A stretch of DNA of 63,223 nucleotides, counting the filler, from Octopus bimaculoides (taxonomy: Eukaryota), in the NCBI RefSeq assembly GCF_001194135.2. It is 5 parts of 5 records of this genome, joined end to end, with 100 filler letters (N's around TTAATTAATTAA, not from the genome) between each part and the next. Parts side by side here need not be neighbours in the genome. Positions count along the whole stretch, not along the records: positions 1 to 22,378 come from NC_068992.1; 4 more parts are not named here. One strand, written 5' to 3'. This document shows, piece by piece, positions 1-13,170 of this stretch. The notes under the pieces are model-generated. The model worked only from the letters and a program-made list of their open reading frames with translations. It was not told the origin of the DNA and did no database searches. Within the stretch, counting starts at the first letter, position 1. Every line of letters begins with the position of its first letter. Made by a program: the position numbers and the translations under genes.

Positions 1-321
1 AAAACTTTCAAAATACAAAGACCTGGAAATAGAGATAACTCGAATGTGGAATCTAAAAACAGAAACAATTCCTATTATAGTAGGTGCCTTAGGTATAATA
101 AAAAAAATATTCAGACAAATACATAACAAAAACACCAGGACTTACAAATATGTATAACATACAGAAAATTGCACTACTGGGCACTGCACACATCCTACGC
201 AAAACACTTTCAATACAGTAAACATAAGAGCACCACAGCAAACCACAGCACATACCCAAGGCGCACAGAGCTGCGCTCGGTAGTGAAGTGAAAGCACGTT
301 ATAAAAATAAAACTACTGAAC

Positions 322-350
<29 letters not shown>
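1..350 (+). mobile_element. 3' end of R4/Dong-like non-LTR retrotransposon (REL endonuclease C-terminus, 3' UTR, (AAT)n tail)
   Basis: Frame 2 reads KLSKYKDLEIEITRMWNLKT..IVGALG; after a frameshift KIALLGTAHILRKTL*. Homologous to 53260-53440. (AAT)n at about 322-350. Confidence 0.85.
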
Positions 351-354
<4 letters not shown>

Positions 355-1021
355 GGTGGTATTATTTATGGTAATTTTCCTATATAGCTTTTGTGTTATA
401 TATTCATCGACCGTGTCAAAGGTTAAATAGGTTTTCTCATTTATATGCTTTCCGTTAGTATGATATTAAAATCCATCAGACAAACAATGAATAGCATTAA
501 GTTAGATCTCTTCTACTAACGAACCGACCCCGACAGTCGATAAGATAAACTATAACACCACCACCACCACCACTACTACTATTACTACTACCACTACCAA
601 TGCTATTATATCTACTGATAAATGTATGTATAATAGATAACGGCAGCAGCAATGATCGGATTACTTATTATATTTTTCAGTATAAAATACCAGTGTATGT
701 AACAGTTGTAGTTGTATGTAAGTCAAGTTAATAATAAATAACAACATCAATGTTAACAACAATATCTTTAAAAACTAATCTATTTTCTTTATTTTATATT
801 TGTAGTTTATTTTATTTATTTTTATAAATCTTTTCTTTCTTTTTTGGGGGGGTTAAGAAAACAATGTTTAGAATCCACACACACACAAAAGAAATAGTAA
901 AAACAACTAAAGTTAGAACTTAATCAATAGAACAGATTTAATCATAGAATTTTATCGTTTTCCTCGGCTTTTCTGTGGCACCAAACAGCATTAACTGGTG
1001 GATTGATGCAATATAAAATTA

Positions 1022-1056
1022 TACACACACACACACACACACATGCATACACACAC

Positions 1057-1145
<89 letters not shown>
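1022..1145. repeat. (CA)n microsatellite
   Basis: Direct reading; similar tracts at 3066-3156 and 58786-58880. Confidence 0.95.
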
Positions 1146-1151
<6 letters not shown>

Positions 1152-2884
1152 CGATATAGATAGATTAATAGATAGATATACATATATATGTGTGTATGTG
1201 TCTGTGTGTGTCTGTGCGTGTGGAAGTTGCACGTCGTATTTGTATTTCATAGTTCAGTTTTTTAACGATATGTTGTAGGGAATAGAGAAGCTATCACTTA
1301 TGACACTAAGCAAGTTTCATAACGGTCTTTATATTGTATATATAAAAGTATATATCATGCATGCACACATATATATGTGTGTGTGTGTGTGTGTTTCTGT
1401 GTGTCTGTGTGCCTGTGTGTATTTACATGTGAGTGGAAAAACGAAAGAAAAGGCACTCAAAGCATCTACGTTGCAGGAGTTATATGTATTTGATAATCTA
1501 AGGCTGTAAGCCTGAATGAAGTGGATTTCTATTAGAGGCCCCCGCGGAGCACTAAGTCACATGGAATTGAATGAAACTCTTCTAAATAATATATACATGT
1601 ATACATACATATATATATATATAAATATATATATATATTATATATNNNNNNNNNNNNNNNNNNNNNNNNNNNNNNNNNNNNNNNNNNNNNNNNNNNNNNN
1701 NNNNNNNNNNNNNNNNNNNNNNNNNNNNNNNNNNNNNNNNNNNNNNNNNNNNNNNNNNNNNNNNNNNNNNNNNNNNNNNNNNNNNNNNNNNNNNNNNNNN
1801 NNNNNNNNNNNNNNNNNNNNNNNNNNNNNNNNTATATATATATATATATATATATGGTAAATGAAAGACGGAAGATGGAATGTGCGAGAATTTTTATTAA
1901 TCACGACAATTCTTTCGACACGTCTAGCATCGATCCCTCACCGAAGTTTTGTATACTCCATTGTTTCATCTTTTGGCAGTATCCTGCCGCTGTTAAAGAA
2001 TTTCATAAATCTCTTCAACAAAACATTACTCGACTCATTGCCATATATTCCATAACTGATGCATTTTAAAAACGATCTTCCACGCGCTGTGACGCAGTTT
2101 ACTTCCTCCTATACCAGTGCTATAAAAGCGTCAGGTTCTTCAGTTAGTCTGTCTTATGCTACATTCACATAGCTTCTCTCAACAGAGAAGTCCTTACAAA
2201 TCTCAGAAACCATGTTTTACCTAATAAACTAAAACCTGTTCTAATCAGGATACTCTGTAGAATATCTGCTCTGTGAAATTCCATTTATCTTCTTAAATAT
2301 TTTCTAGAGTTGAGGAATCGTTCTTGTTTATTGCAACTATTAATGACATCGATCTAACTTCTGTTATTGGTCCTTTGAAAGCTCGGCTTTTGTATCTTTC
2401 CTATACAGAGGAGGTGAACAAATCTGCTGTTTCTTCGTTGAGGTGTGGATTAATTAACAAAAACCATTGGTCTGTCCATCTAGGCAGTCATTTCACGCTG
2501 ATACAACATAAGTGCTTATATACAAACGTAGATATATACATGTATACAGACATACATACACACATATACACATACGTATAAATAAATGAATACATAGATA
2601 CCTGTACATACATATATGCATGCATATATATGTTACATGCATGTAATGTATACATAACATTTGTGACAGACTGCTTTGTGACAGACTGCTTTTAAAAGCC
2701 ACATCAGAGGCCATGATAGATCTAAGATGAGTACAAGAGGTGGTCAAACTATAAGTAGACAACTACCATGTATGTATGTATGTATGTATGTATGTATGTA
2801 TGTATGTATGTATGTATGTATGTATGTATGTATGTATGTATGTATGCATGTATGTATGTGATCTTTTGTTCTTTAATTCTTTTA

Positions 2885-3065
2885 TTTGTTTCAGTCATTT
2901 GATTGCGTCCATGCTGGAGCACCACCTTTAGTCGAACAAATCGACTCCAGGACTTAGTCTTTGTAAGCCTAGTACTTATTCTATCTGTCTCTCTCTCTCT
3001 CTTGCTAAGTTACGGGGACGTGAACACACCAACAGCGGTTGTCAAGCGATGGTGGGGGACAAGCA
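2885..3065 (-). mobile_element. SINE 3' portion running into (CA)n
   Basis: CAGTCATTTGA..CCATGCTGGAGCACC block recurs at 23085, 23484 and, inverted, at 7596 and 27150. Confidence 0.65.
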
Positions 3066-3067
3066 CA

Positions 3068-3155
<88 letters not shown>

Positions 3156-3331
3156 ACATCTTACTTCGATGAGGTGTGGATAATTTAACAAAAACCATGG
3201 ATCTGCCCATCTCGGCAGTCATTTCACGCTGAGACAACATTAGTGTTTCAATACAAACGTAGATATATACATACATAGACACACACGTATAAATAAATTC
3301 ATACATACCTGTATATACATACATATATGCA

Positions 3332-3385
<54 letters not shown>

Positions 3386-3419
3386 TATACATATGTTGTA
3401 GTTATGTATGCATTTATGT

Positions 3420-3580
3420 ATACGAGGGGCTTCTTTCAGTTTCCGTCTGCCAAATCCACTCACAAGGTTTTGGCCGGCCCGAGGCAGAAGACACTTGCCC
3501 AAGGTGACACGCTGTGAGACTGAACCCACAACCATGCGGTTGGAGACTAGGCTACTTACCACACAGCCACTCCTGCGCCA
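3420..3580 (-). mobile_element. tRNA-derived SINE with CORE-like domain
   Basis: Reverse strand has a tRNA-like head followed by CACCTTGGGCAAGTGTCTTCT. Related copies at 23290-23450, 24420-24540, 24640-24810, 26810-26990, 55465-55545 and 62470-62600. Confidence 0.75.
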
Positions 3581-3724
3581 ATAAATGTATATATGTATTT
3601 GACTATTTTCTTTAGTCAAAACACGGTGATTGCTTATAAGAGAGATAAAACTCTTTTACAAGAATTTTTCTGTAGTAATGCCCATTATATAAATATAAAC
3701 GAATAATTATATTNNNNNNNNNNT

Positions 3725-3786
3725 ACTATGCTGATGAGCGAAATCTAGATTCATTCTAGTAATCGCGAAATCGATCGATACATAGT
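3725..3786 (+). ncRNA. Type I hammerhead ribozyme with complete core
   Basis: Stem I ACTATG/CATAGT; CTGATGA 3731-3737; stem II GCGA/TCGC plus distal CTAGA/TCTAG; GAAA 3767-3770; palindromic stem III ATCGATCGAT; AUA cleavage triplet ending at 3780. Confidence 0.8.
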
Positions 3787-3923
3787 TGAGTCATTTGAAA
3801 GAAAGTTGGTCTTCTTCGGTTGGTTGTTTTTCCTCGCATACGGTACTAAATGTGGTTATTTTGAGAAGTCCAGTGTGTGGCATTATTTTTCTGTAGTAAT
3901 GCCCATTATATAAATATAAACGA

Positions 3924-3960
<37 letters not shown>

Positions 3961-3966
<6 letters not shown>

Positions 3967-4430
3967 CATGCAGGAAGTAAATAGATACCTTTAATTTTCA
4001 GAATCTTTTATTTAATACGCAAAGCGAACAATTGAAATGTAATCCATAGGCAGGACTAAATACTTTAATATTTTGTTGACATTTCCTTTGCAGTTTTTTA
4101 ATTCAGAAACTCTTTTTGGCATTGCACTAATGAGCTTTGTGATTGTCTCTTGTGGAATTTCTGACCACTTTCACGCAAACGAAAGAATGCCGTAACATAA
4201 TTTCCTCTGGCACATACACACACAATCTAGGTAAAACTTCTGTACGAATTATGTTATTTCTTGCTGTGTGCACTAAATTTACTGCTCAAATCTCATTGAA
4301 AGAACCTTTTTCCATTCTGTAATTTGTGTTTGTGATGAGCGTATTTAAAAACCTGATCTTCGATATAAACTAAAAGGAAGTTTTCCCAGAAATCCTGTCA
4401 TTTACCTGTTGTTTCTAGCATGTCCAATTT
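3961..4430 (-). mobile_element. Decayed, internally deleted Tc1-like DNA transposon
   Basis: Reverse strand reads KWSEIPQETITKLISAMPKRVSELKNCKG (Tc1 C-terminus) and EWKKVL upstream. TA-CAG end at 3961 abuts (TA)n. Confidence 0.55.
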
Positions 4431-7400
4431 GACATTTGCACCCCAATTATTTTTTCTTAAATTTATTCCAATTACTGGTTTCTTCGATACAAGAGTTTAG
4501 GATTTCACCCAAAACACGTTCTCAACATTTTAATTTTCTCCCTCCTCACTCCAATTTCTTCATATCTGCTTTTTTCCAATTTTTTTCTNNNNNNNNNNNN
4601 NNNNNNNNNNNNNNNNNNNNNNNNNNNNNNNNNNNNNNNNNNNNNNNNNNNNNNNNNNNNNNNNNNNNNNNNNNNNNNNNNNNNNNNNNNNNNNNNNNNN
4701 NNNNNNNNNNNNNNNNNNNNNNNNNNNNNNNNNNNNNNNNNNNNNNNNNNNNNNNNNNNNNNNNNNNNNNNNNNNNNNNNNNNNNNNNNNNNNNNNNNNN
4801 NNNNNNNNNNNNNNNNNNNNNNNNNNNNNNNNNNNNNNNNNNNNNNNNNNNNNNNNNNNNNNNNNNNNNNNNNNNNNNNNNNNNNNNNNNNNNNNNNNNN
4901 NNNNNNNNNNNNNNNNNNNNNNNNNNNNNNNNNNNNNNNNNNNNNNNNNNNNNNNNNNNNNNNNNNNNNNNNNNNNNNNNNNNNNNNNNNNNNNNNNNNN
5001 NNNNNNNNNNNNNNNNNNNNNNNNNNNNNNNNNNNNNNNNNNNNNNNNNNNNNNNNNNNNNNNNNNNNNNNNNNNNNNNNNNNNNNNNNNNNNNNNNNNN
5101 NNNNNNNNNNNNNNNNNNNNNNNNNNNNNNNNNNNNNNNNNNNNNNNNNNNNNNNNNNNNNNNNNNNNNNNNNNNNNNNNNNNNNNNNNNNNNNNNNNNN
5201 NNNNNNNNNNNNNNNNNNNNNNNNNNNNNNNNNNNNNNNNNNNNNNNNNNNNNNNNNNNNNNNNNNNNNNNNNNNNNNNNNNNNNNNNNNNNNNNNNNNN
5301 NNNNNNNNNNNNNNNNNNNNNNNNNNNNNNNNNNNNNNNNNNNNNNNNNNNNNNNNNNNNNNNNNNNNNNNNNNNNNNNNNNNNNNNNNNNNNNNNNNNN
5401 NNNCCAGATTCGTTATCTCTGTATTTTTCTACTTGGATAAAAAAAAAATTAATAAACATCGAAATGGTTGCAAATTAAGAAATTGCGGTGGGGACTGGCG
5501 AAAACTAAAATTTTGAAAACATGATTTCTGGGCAAAGTCGTATTAACCCCCTTTCATACGATGAAACAATACGTAATTTGTGATCTTTCTTAAGAACGGA
5601 AAGCAAATTGTATCCCCCCCCCCCCTTCACTTTTAAACAAATAATAACTTCCATTACGCCAGTAATCCAGTTCACTATATATCAGCTGTGCAAATTCTGC
5701 CCATAAGAAAGGAACAAATGATACAATGTGGCTGTAGGTCATAATACAAGGGCAACGCCGGGATGCATTACTAATGTATATATGTATATATATATTCATA
5801 CATATACGCGTGTTTGTGATGGATGTATGGCTGTCTATAGGGCGTTGCTGGCTTTTGTGAAATTTAGCAATGGCAACATTAAACCGAGAAGCTACAAAAC
5901 ACCTGACAGGAGTCTACATGTGTCATCAGGCCGCCAAACTCCTTTTGTTCTTATCGCCGTAACTCTGATTTTGTCAATTCATACACCTTGCAGCATTTTT
6001 ACTGTTTGTGAAAGTGTGCGTTTCGGTAATTACTAAAAGGAACGTTCACACATATTGGTGGCATCGTCATTACTCCAAACGGATGGATGGGATGGGATGA
6101 GAATGAGTGTGGTGTCGAAATATTTGTCATACTTAATTGACTTCTGATGAGTAAGCCTCAATGACCCACCACCACCACCACCACCACCACCATCGTCACT
6201 ACTACTATTGTTGTAAAATATGAAATATGTCTCCCGTATCATTAAGCTCATGTTTCCTAATTATATTCAGAACGATTATGCCTGCCTTTTGAAATTATTT
6301 TCAAAATTTCAATTGCATTTTTGAGATGTCATTAATCACTGCCTGTATCATATTCACAAAAGAAAATGTACTTTCAGTTTGAGAATAAAATGCATTACAC
6401 TTTTCGTTAATTAATTTAAATTCTGATTTCAATAACACTCCACAAACGTCATTGCAACATATTATATTTTCTGTCTTTATTCCAATACCGTTTCTACATC
6501 TAAAATATTCGGCAGGCTTCCAACGGAGTCTTTGTGATATTTGTATTCTATTCTAGTATCTTTGTCTTGATAATAAGGTAAAAGAAAGGAAACCACAAGA
6601 AGCTTTTGAAAGTTCATGCGTGTTTTTCTTTTTAAATCATACATAAAACAATGTCATTTTCAATGACTTTTCCTTCATCAAATACTAATATTCAGTCATT
6701 TAATTAATCGTTGTATTTTACATTTCTTTGTTGCATTATATGATTTCAGAAACGAGGATTTGATGTTGCAATGGTTTGTTTCATAGGGCATTAATTAGAT
6801 AAACATTATTACCTCCTCATTCAAATTTATAATGAGTAAAAAAAAAAAAATTGTGCTGTTTCATTCCGTCTTAATAATTAAACAATTATCATATTCTGTA
6901 CACATATATGTAAGATTCAGAGGACGGTATGGCAACGAGTGGCAACGAATGGAAACTAGTAGCAGTAACGAATTAAGGAGAAATGTTTTCGCAAGTCATT
7001 TACTGTAAAAACCAGGATAGAAAATATAAAAAATTCTGTCAACACATGTGACGATGATGCAATCTGAGACACATTTTCTGATACATTACATGACAGTTGG
7101 GTGGAGCACTAGCCATAGGAGATGAAAAGGGATTTACATACTAAACACAATCGAAGAAGTTGTTGTTATCTTTCACAATAACATTAAATTAAACTAATCC
7201 ATCTAAGAAAAATTCCTTCTAGTGGGCTAAATTAGTGCGACTGCAAGGGTTGTGACTCTTCTACATGAGACTTTGTGGAAGTCATTGAAGTAAATGAGAA
7301 TGGTGAGAGAAAAAGAATGAAAGAGTTGTTGGTGGCTGTATGTTTTACAATATGGCTGAAATAACTAGAAGATAAAAGATATATATACATAAATACCCAC

Positions 7401-7679
7401 TATATATTGTTCATCCCATAAATAATGCGTTTTATTTTTACATGTTTTATTTTTCAAAATTAAGATAAGCAAAGTTCTTCTTTTATCTAAGATATACACC
7501 CCTTCATTTTCTACAATGATCTGCCATCTATCTGGTAGACTTGCAAGGCCCACGAGAGATAGTTTCTTCACTATTCATTCGACTAAAAAATCAAGGTAGT
7601 GCTCCAGCATAACCGCAGTCTAATGACTAAAGCAAGTAAAAGATAAAAGATAACCATCATGAGCAAAATTATAAAATAA

Positions 7680-8310
7680 TATTGATCGTCTGCCTTTATG
7701 TTCTGAGTTCAAATTCCACCGAGGTCGACTTCTCCTTTCATCTATTCGGGTTCGATAAATTAAGTACAAGTTGCGTACTAGGGTTAACCTAATCGACTGG
7801 CCCCCTCCCGCAAAATTTAGGGCCTTCGGCCTAGAATAGGAGAAGATTATAATATTGATTTCAAAGTTCGATGGAAGTCCAGCAGTTTTGGCGGTGGGAT
7901 TAAATGGTTTACATCGGATTATCTCCTCCCTGCGAGTTGTTCAACTAATTTACATTTTTACCGACTCCGAATAGATGAAGGGCAAACGTCGACCTCAGCA
8001 GAATTTGAACTCAAAACTTAAAAACAGGCGAAATGCTGCAAAGCTTTGCGGTATACATGCTAACGATTCTACAAGTTTGTTGCCTTATGAAGATGATTTT
8101 GGTTTCAAATTTTGGCACAAGTCTAACAATTTCAGGAAGGGGCTAAGTCGATTACATTGACCTCAGTACTCGACTGGTACTTATTTTATCGACCTTCGAA
8201 ACGATGAAAACCAAAATCGACCTCAGCGTATTTTGAACTAAGGACGTAAAGACGGATGAAAAGGGGTCAAGCATTTTGTTCGGCGTCTAAACGCCTTTGC
8301 CAGGTCGCGA
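7680..8310. mobile_element. Cluster of three copies of the dominant SINE (one +, two -)
   Basis: Family motif GTTCTGAGTTCAAATTCCRCCGAGGTCGACTTTGCCTTTCATCC..GTCGATAAA..AGTAC on + at about 7700 and in reverse at 7975-8080 and 8110-8310. Confidence 0.75.
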
Positions 8311-10460
8311 TCTTATAAGTGAATATAACATTGTGATACAGAAAAAGTTAATTTATTTCATCTCAATCGTGAAGCATGAAACGTGTTTAATTACAATAAA
8401 AAAAGATGCAAAATGTGGCATATTTCACTATTTTGATTAAATACTGAAAAAATTAATGATTAATATATACAAAACATTTCATTTACAATTTGTTTTGGAT
8501 GACAAAATGTGAAGATTACTTAGCATTGCAGGTTTCTTACAGAATTAAATAAACATATAATTAATTATTTCAGTTATCGTTGCCGTTGTAACTTGTTATG
8601 GTGGCAATATGGGTTTCACACTGGCGATTACTTCTTTCACTTAATGCTTCAACTACTGCCTCCCCTCCCCTNNNNNNNNNNATGGATTGGGGAGGAAAAC
8701 GGAGATAAGAAGAGAAGAACGAAAGAGATCTAGAAATGATGAACTGTGAAGGCGCAGGAGAAAGGAAGGTGTTCATAAAGGGCAAATGAAAATAATGTCC
8801 TGGCGCTAAATAAGAGCAATAACCTTAATATGTTTTCTTACTGTTATTTAAGCATTTAAGTTTGCAATATCAACGTTGATCATATAGATTTGTGAGAGTA
8901 AATATTAAAAGACTCTAGAAATGCCAACGGGCCAACAACGATTTATTCGCAAAATCTGTATTATATATTGCATGATTCGTTATAGACTATTAAGATAAAT
9001 GATATGATAGAATATGTCAGACAAGTGTAAATAATCGATCTAAACGAAGTTTAATGATAGCGTTTAAGATCACAATTAGTGCGACTAATGTTATTCACGT
9101 AAATGTAACCCTCTGCTAACGGAAAGCCAATAGTGCACTATCTGATTATATTTTATAATTTCAAAACAAGACTGGGAAATCGCTATCATATTGAAATCCA
9201 TGAATAATATGAAATGGTATTCATCTCTGCAGATAAAATATTGCTGACGCATTCAATTAATGAGGGAATATGCAACAGAATATAGTATTTTTCTTGTGGT
9301 GTGTTCAATTATATTCTTCGTCATGTTTCGAAAAGTATTGCAGAGCTATTCCGATATAAAGCGATATAAACCGAGAATAGTGAAATAAGAATAATTACAT
9401 GACTAACTATGGTTAGTCATGGAACGCCAGCGCCTTGTCTTCTAAGATTACGTGCTTTTCATAAGTGTACCTATTGTGAAAAGATATTCAGATTTGATAT
9501 AGATTTTCGTCTCTAAACATATACTCACACATACACACACGTTCAACATATTCACACAAACAAAGACACACACATGTATATACATTTATGTGTATATTCA
9601 TGAATAGAGAGGATAGGTAAGAGCTGCGTATTATCGGTAAAAATATATATAGTAGAGATTAAAAGGGTTTAAACTTGAACTCTGAGGTCTCCGTCTGGAA
9701 CGAGGCCCGAGACATCAAGAATGCCCAAAAGAGCAACCTATATGGAGCTGATATTGACGTAGTATATTGACACTTATATTCATATATATTGTTCATGTAT
9801 CGATATAAGCGTCACTGTATCTTAGGTCATGTCACGTTTAGTTTTATGTGTAACAGTTAGCCCTGTATAGCTTGAAGCATCGTCGAGCCGTCAGTGACAG
9901 AACCGGCAGCCCTAGCAAGCCTGCTTATAACGAGAGTGCTTCTTGCTGGGACACACTGTAGAACGAAAAAATACAAAATCTCTCTAAACAAGGATGAACG
10001 CAGTAGTGTCACAGATCGTCAAACGGCGGGAAGTGAGGGACCCTAGTCTTTGTATTGTTATACTTTTACAAGACGGAAAATTCTGCATTCATTGATGTCA
10101 GCTTTCGAGAAAAATGAATATGTCCTTTAAAGAGTGGAAGTCTCATTGTGCAAGGCTTTTCCTTACTTTAAAAGCTTCAGACGGTAAAGGAAGCATTGGT
10201 GTTCAACATCTCTGTTAACATCTCTATTACGTATTGCATAGCATAGTTGGTCGAGCCTCAAAAGTGCAGAACAATCAATGAAAGATTCCATGATTCAATG
10301 AAGGCCTGAGTCTGCGTGGGCGGTAAACATCCACTGGAAAAAATAACCACCTTGAGCTGTCTTCAGCTCAAGGGGTTAGGTCTTTCGCCGGACTGAAAAG
10401 TATTATGCATGCTATTCACGTTTACGAGAACAACTGATCGATAGATATCAAGCTGCAGTT

Positions 10461-11065
10461 TGTTGTTGGGCAGATCTGCATCAAAAGATACCTGAAAATT
10501 ATGTATTCAGCTATGAAAGAATTCCGTACTTATAGCGGTTCTCAATTAGACGATTGCTGGATATCATGCTGCAGTCACAATGTATGTACTTCATGTATAC
10601 CATGAAAAAGGTACAGCCTTGTCATCCTCGAAACTCTGTAGATTCTGCCTGAGAACTACGTAAACGGTACACGTATCTATCGAATGTTTACACAACTGCG
10701 TCTTAATTCAGGGTCAAGTTATATACTTGATCGCACAACTGGCGGCCCATTGCATCAACGTTAAGTTGCAGTCAACGTGTATCTACTTCATGTATGCCAT
10801 GCAAAAGTTACAGGCTTGACATACGCGAAACCCCATAGATTCTGCCTGAAAATTACGTAAACGGTACACGTATCTATCGAATGCTCACACAATTGCCTCT
10901 TAATTCAGGATCAAGTTATTATAGTTGATCACACAACTGGCAGCCCATTGCATCAAAGTTAAAGTGAGACTAATTAAGAACTACCACAAGTACGGAATTC
11001 TTTCATAGCTGAATACATAATTTTCAGGCATCTTTTGATGCAAAGTTAAGATCTGCCCAACAACA
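10461..11065. mobile_element. MITE-like element with ~90-bp inverted ends and an internal ~190-bp tandem duplication
   Basis: 10461-10552 is the reverse complement of about 10968-11065 with a 7-bp indel. Internal block of about 10575-10765 is repeated at about 10770-10960. Confidence 0.65.
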
Positions 11066-11279
11066 CCACCCAACCACCAGAAAACCGCGAAAACTATGTA
11101 AGATAAATGACTCACTAAAAATACGACCAAAAAGAACAAATAAGTATAAGAACGTCAGCGCATAGCTTTTATGTTTTTTGTTTTTCAGCTGACACAGGTC
11201 GACATATGCAAACTAGGCCCTCATCTACTCCACATACGTTACCTGAATTATCGTGCTATAGAACCATATTGGTTTAAAA

Positions 11280-11480
11280 TTTTGGCACAAGGCCAGGAAT
11301 TCCAGGCGGAGTGTAAGTCGATTAGATCGATGTCAGTGCTCAACTAGTCCATATTTTATCGAAACCAAAAGGATGATGGACAAGGTTGACCACAGTGGAA
11401 TTTGAACACCGGATGTAAAGGTCTAAGAAATGCAGTTAAATGTATTGCTAGGCCTGCTAATGAGTCTGCCAGATCACCGC
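11280..11480 (-). mobile_element. Degenerate copy of the dominant SINE
   Basis: Reverse-complement match to the family motif (TATTTTATCGA..GGAATTTGAAC). Confidence 0.65.
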
Positions 11481-11712
11481 TATTGCCTATATCGGATCAT
11501 TTGTGCTTTCCCTTTATCTACGTCCATCACATAATTCTATGAAAATAAGTCAACAATCAATAATTCAATATATGGTGTTTTTACAATTTGTCCTACGCTG
11601 TTATTCTTCATCACAAAATACAATTAAGACCATTAATACGGATATTTAACTCAAAGTATATTTCGTGGATATCTTTTACTTGTTTCAGTCAATAGACGTC
11701 GGCCTCAGAGGC

Positions 11713-11930
11713 CAGCATGGTGTGGATGTAATTGTCTTTAAAACATAATTGGATCTCTCCCTGTCACAGGTTGCAGACGAGCCTACCTCAAGGTAAGAAC
11801 CCCAGATCAGGGTAGCAGCATCAAACTACCTCACTGACCAAATACCACATGTCAGAGGAGGTTTCAAGTAATGGTATAGCTCAATTAACGTTGGTGCCCC
11901 AACATGACCGTAGCTTTGCATTTGAAACAT
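11713..11930 (+). mobile_element. CR1/L2-like LINE ORF2 C-terminus and 3' UTR
   Basis: HGVDVIVFKT*LDLSLSQVADEPTSR*EPQIRVAASNYLTDQIP. The FKxxLDxxL motif is typical of CR1-group RT ends. Two internal stops. Confidence 0.55.
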
Positions 11931-11994
11931 TTTATAGTAGTTGAACATAGTTAAAAGAGTTATATGTATGTGTGTGTGTGTATACATATACATA

Positions 11995-12045
<51 letters not shown>

Positions 12046-12709
12046 TATGTATCATATAGGGTTCGAATCCGATCTCAATGATCGCCATATTGAGGAAAAT
12101 ATTGTGAGTAAAACGTCATGAAACGTGGAAGCTAATTAGAGGATCAGAGGATCAGAACAGGGGATCAGATTCCTGCTCTCGGTGCCAGCGTTAATGTGTG
12201 ATCCGTTTACAGATCTGCGTTGCGAACCTTCGATTCTTTAACGTTCGGCGTAATCTACGCCTTTGCAGTATTCAGGGCAGACATGTAAGTCTTAAGAACC
12301 TATAATGTACTCCACATCATTTAACTCACGCATAAAAATCAATCATCTTTTATGTGATGTATGGCAATAAAACAAAATTAGAAGCAGCTTAATATTTTTA
12401 AATGGGCGTCAGTATCGTTGAATTTATATTAAGTTAACAATTCATGTAATTGATGAGGGCGTGTTTTCATGCAATTGCGCGCAGATGTTTCTCGAGCATG
12501 CTAGGTAAAACGAAATCGAAACGAATGAGATGTGTTCGCAGGAGAATGCGGAATTGACGAGTGAGCGCAGCAGAGGGTGAAGAAATAAGGAACAAAACAT
12601 CTAGTTTTTGGAAATAACATAAAGGTGTTTATGATACATATCAAAAGTTTTTCAAATTCAGTGCAGCCAAACTTCATTTCAATATTTATATATTTATTAT
12701 GGCTGTGAG

Positions 12710-13170
12710 CTAACAGAATCCTTAAAACGTCGGGCGAAATGCTTAGCGGTATTTCGTCTATCTTTACGTTCTGAGTTCAAATTCCGCCGATGTAGACTTT
12801 GCCTTTCATTCTTTCGGGGTCTATTAAATAAGTACCAATTACGCATTGGGTTCGATATAATTGACTTAATCCCTTTGTCTGTCCTTGTTTGTCCTCTCTA
12901 TGTTTAGCCCCCTAAGGGCAACAAAAGAATAAATATTTATAGATTTATTACGGCGGTGATTTGGCAAAATCGTTAGCACGCTGGGTAAAATGCTTAGCGT
13001 TTCTTCGTCCGTCTTTACGTTCTGAGTTCAAGTTCCACCCAGGTCGATTTTGCCTTTCATCCTGTCAGAGTCGATAAAATAAGTACCTGTAAAGCACTGG
13101 GGATGGATATAGTCGACGTAACCTCATCCCCGAACTTGCTGGCCTTGACCCAAAATTGAAAATCAGTATT
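12710..13170 (+). mobile_element. Two tandem copies of the dominant SINE
   Basis: GCGAAATGCTTAGCGGTATTTCGTC..TTACGTTCTGAGTTCAA..GCCTTTCAT occurs twice. Confidence 0.8.

Noticed and set aside
4436-5459. Long ORFs made of X (also 16.4-17.3, 23.5-24.5, 35.3-36.6, 42.4-44.3 kb)
   Set aside because: They read through N gaps.
5915-6160. CTGATGA motifs at about 5921 (-) and 6143 (+); also 17570, 17851, 36523, 40261, 44940
   Set aside because: No correctly placed GAAA and stems.
10350-10373. Perfect 10-bp hairpin CCTTGAGCTG/CAGCTCAAGG
   Set aside because: Isolated; no context supporting function.
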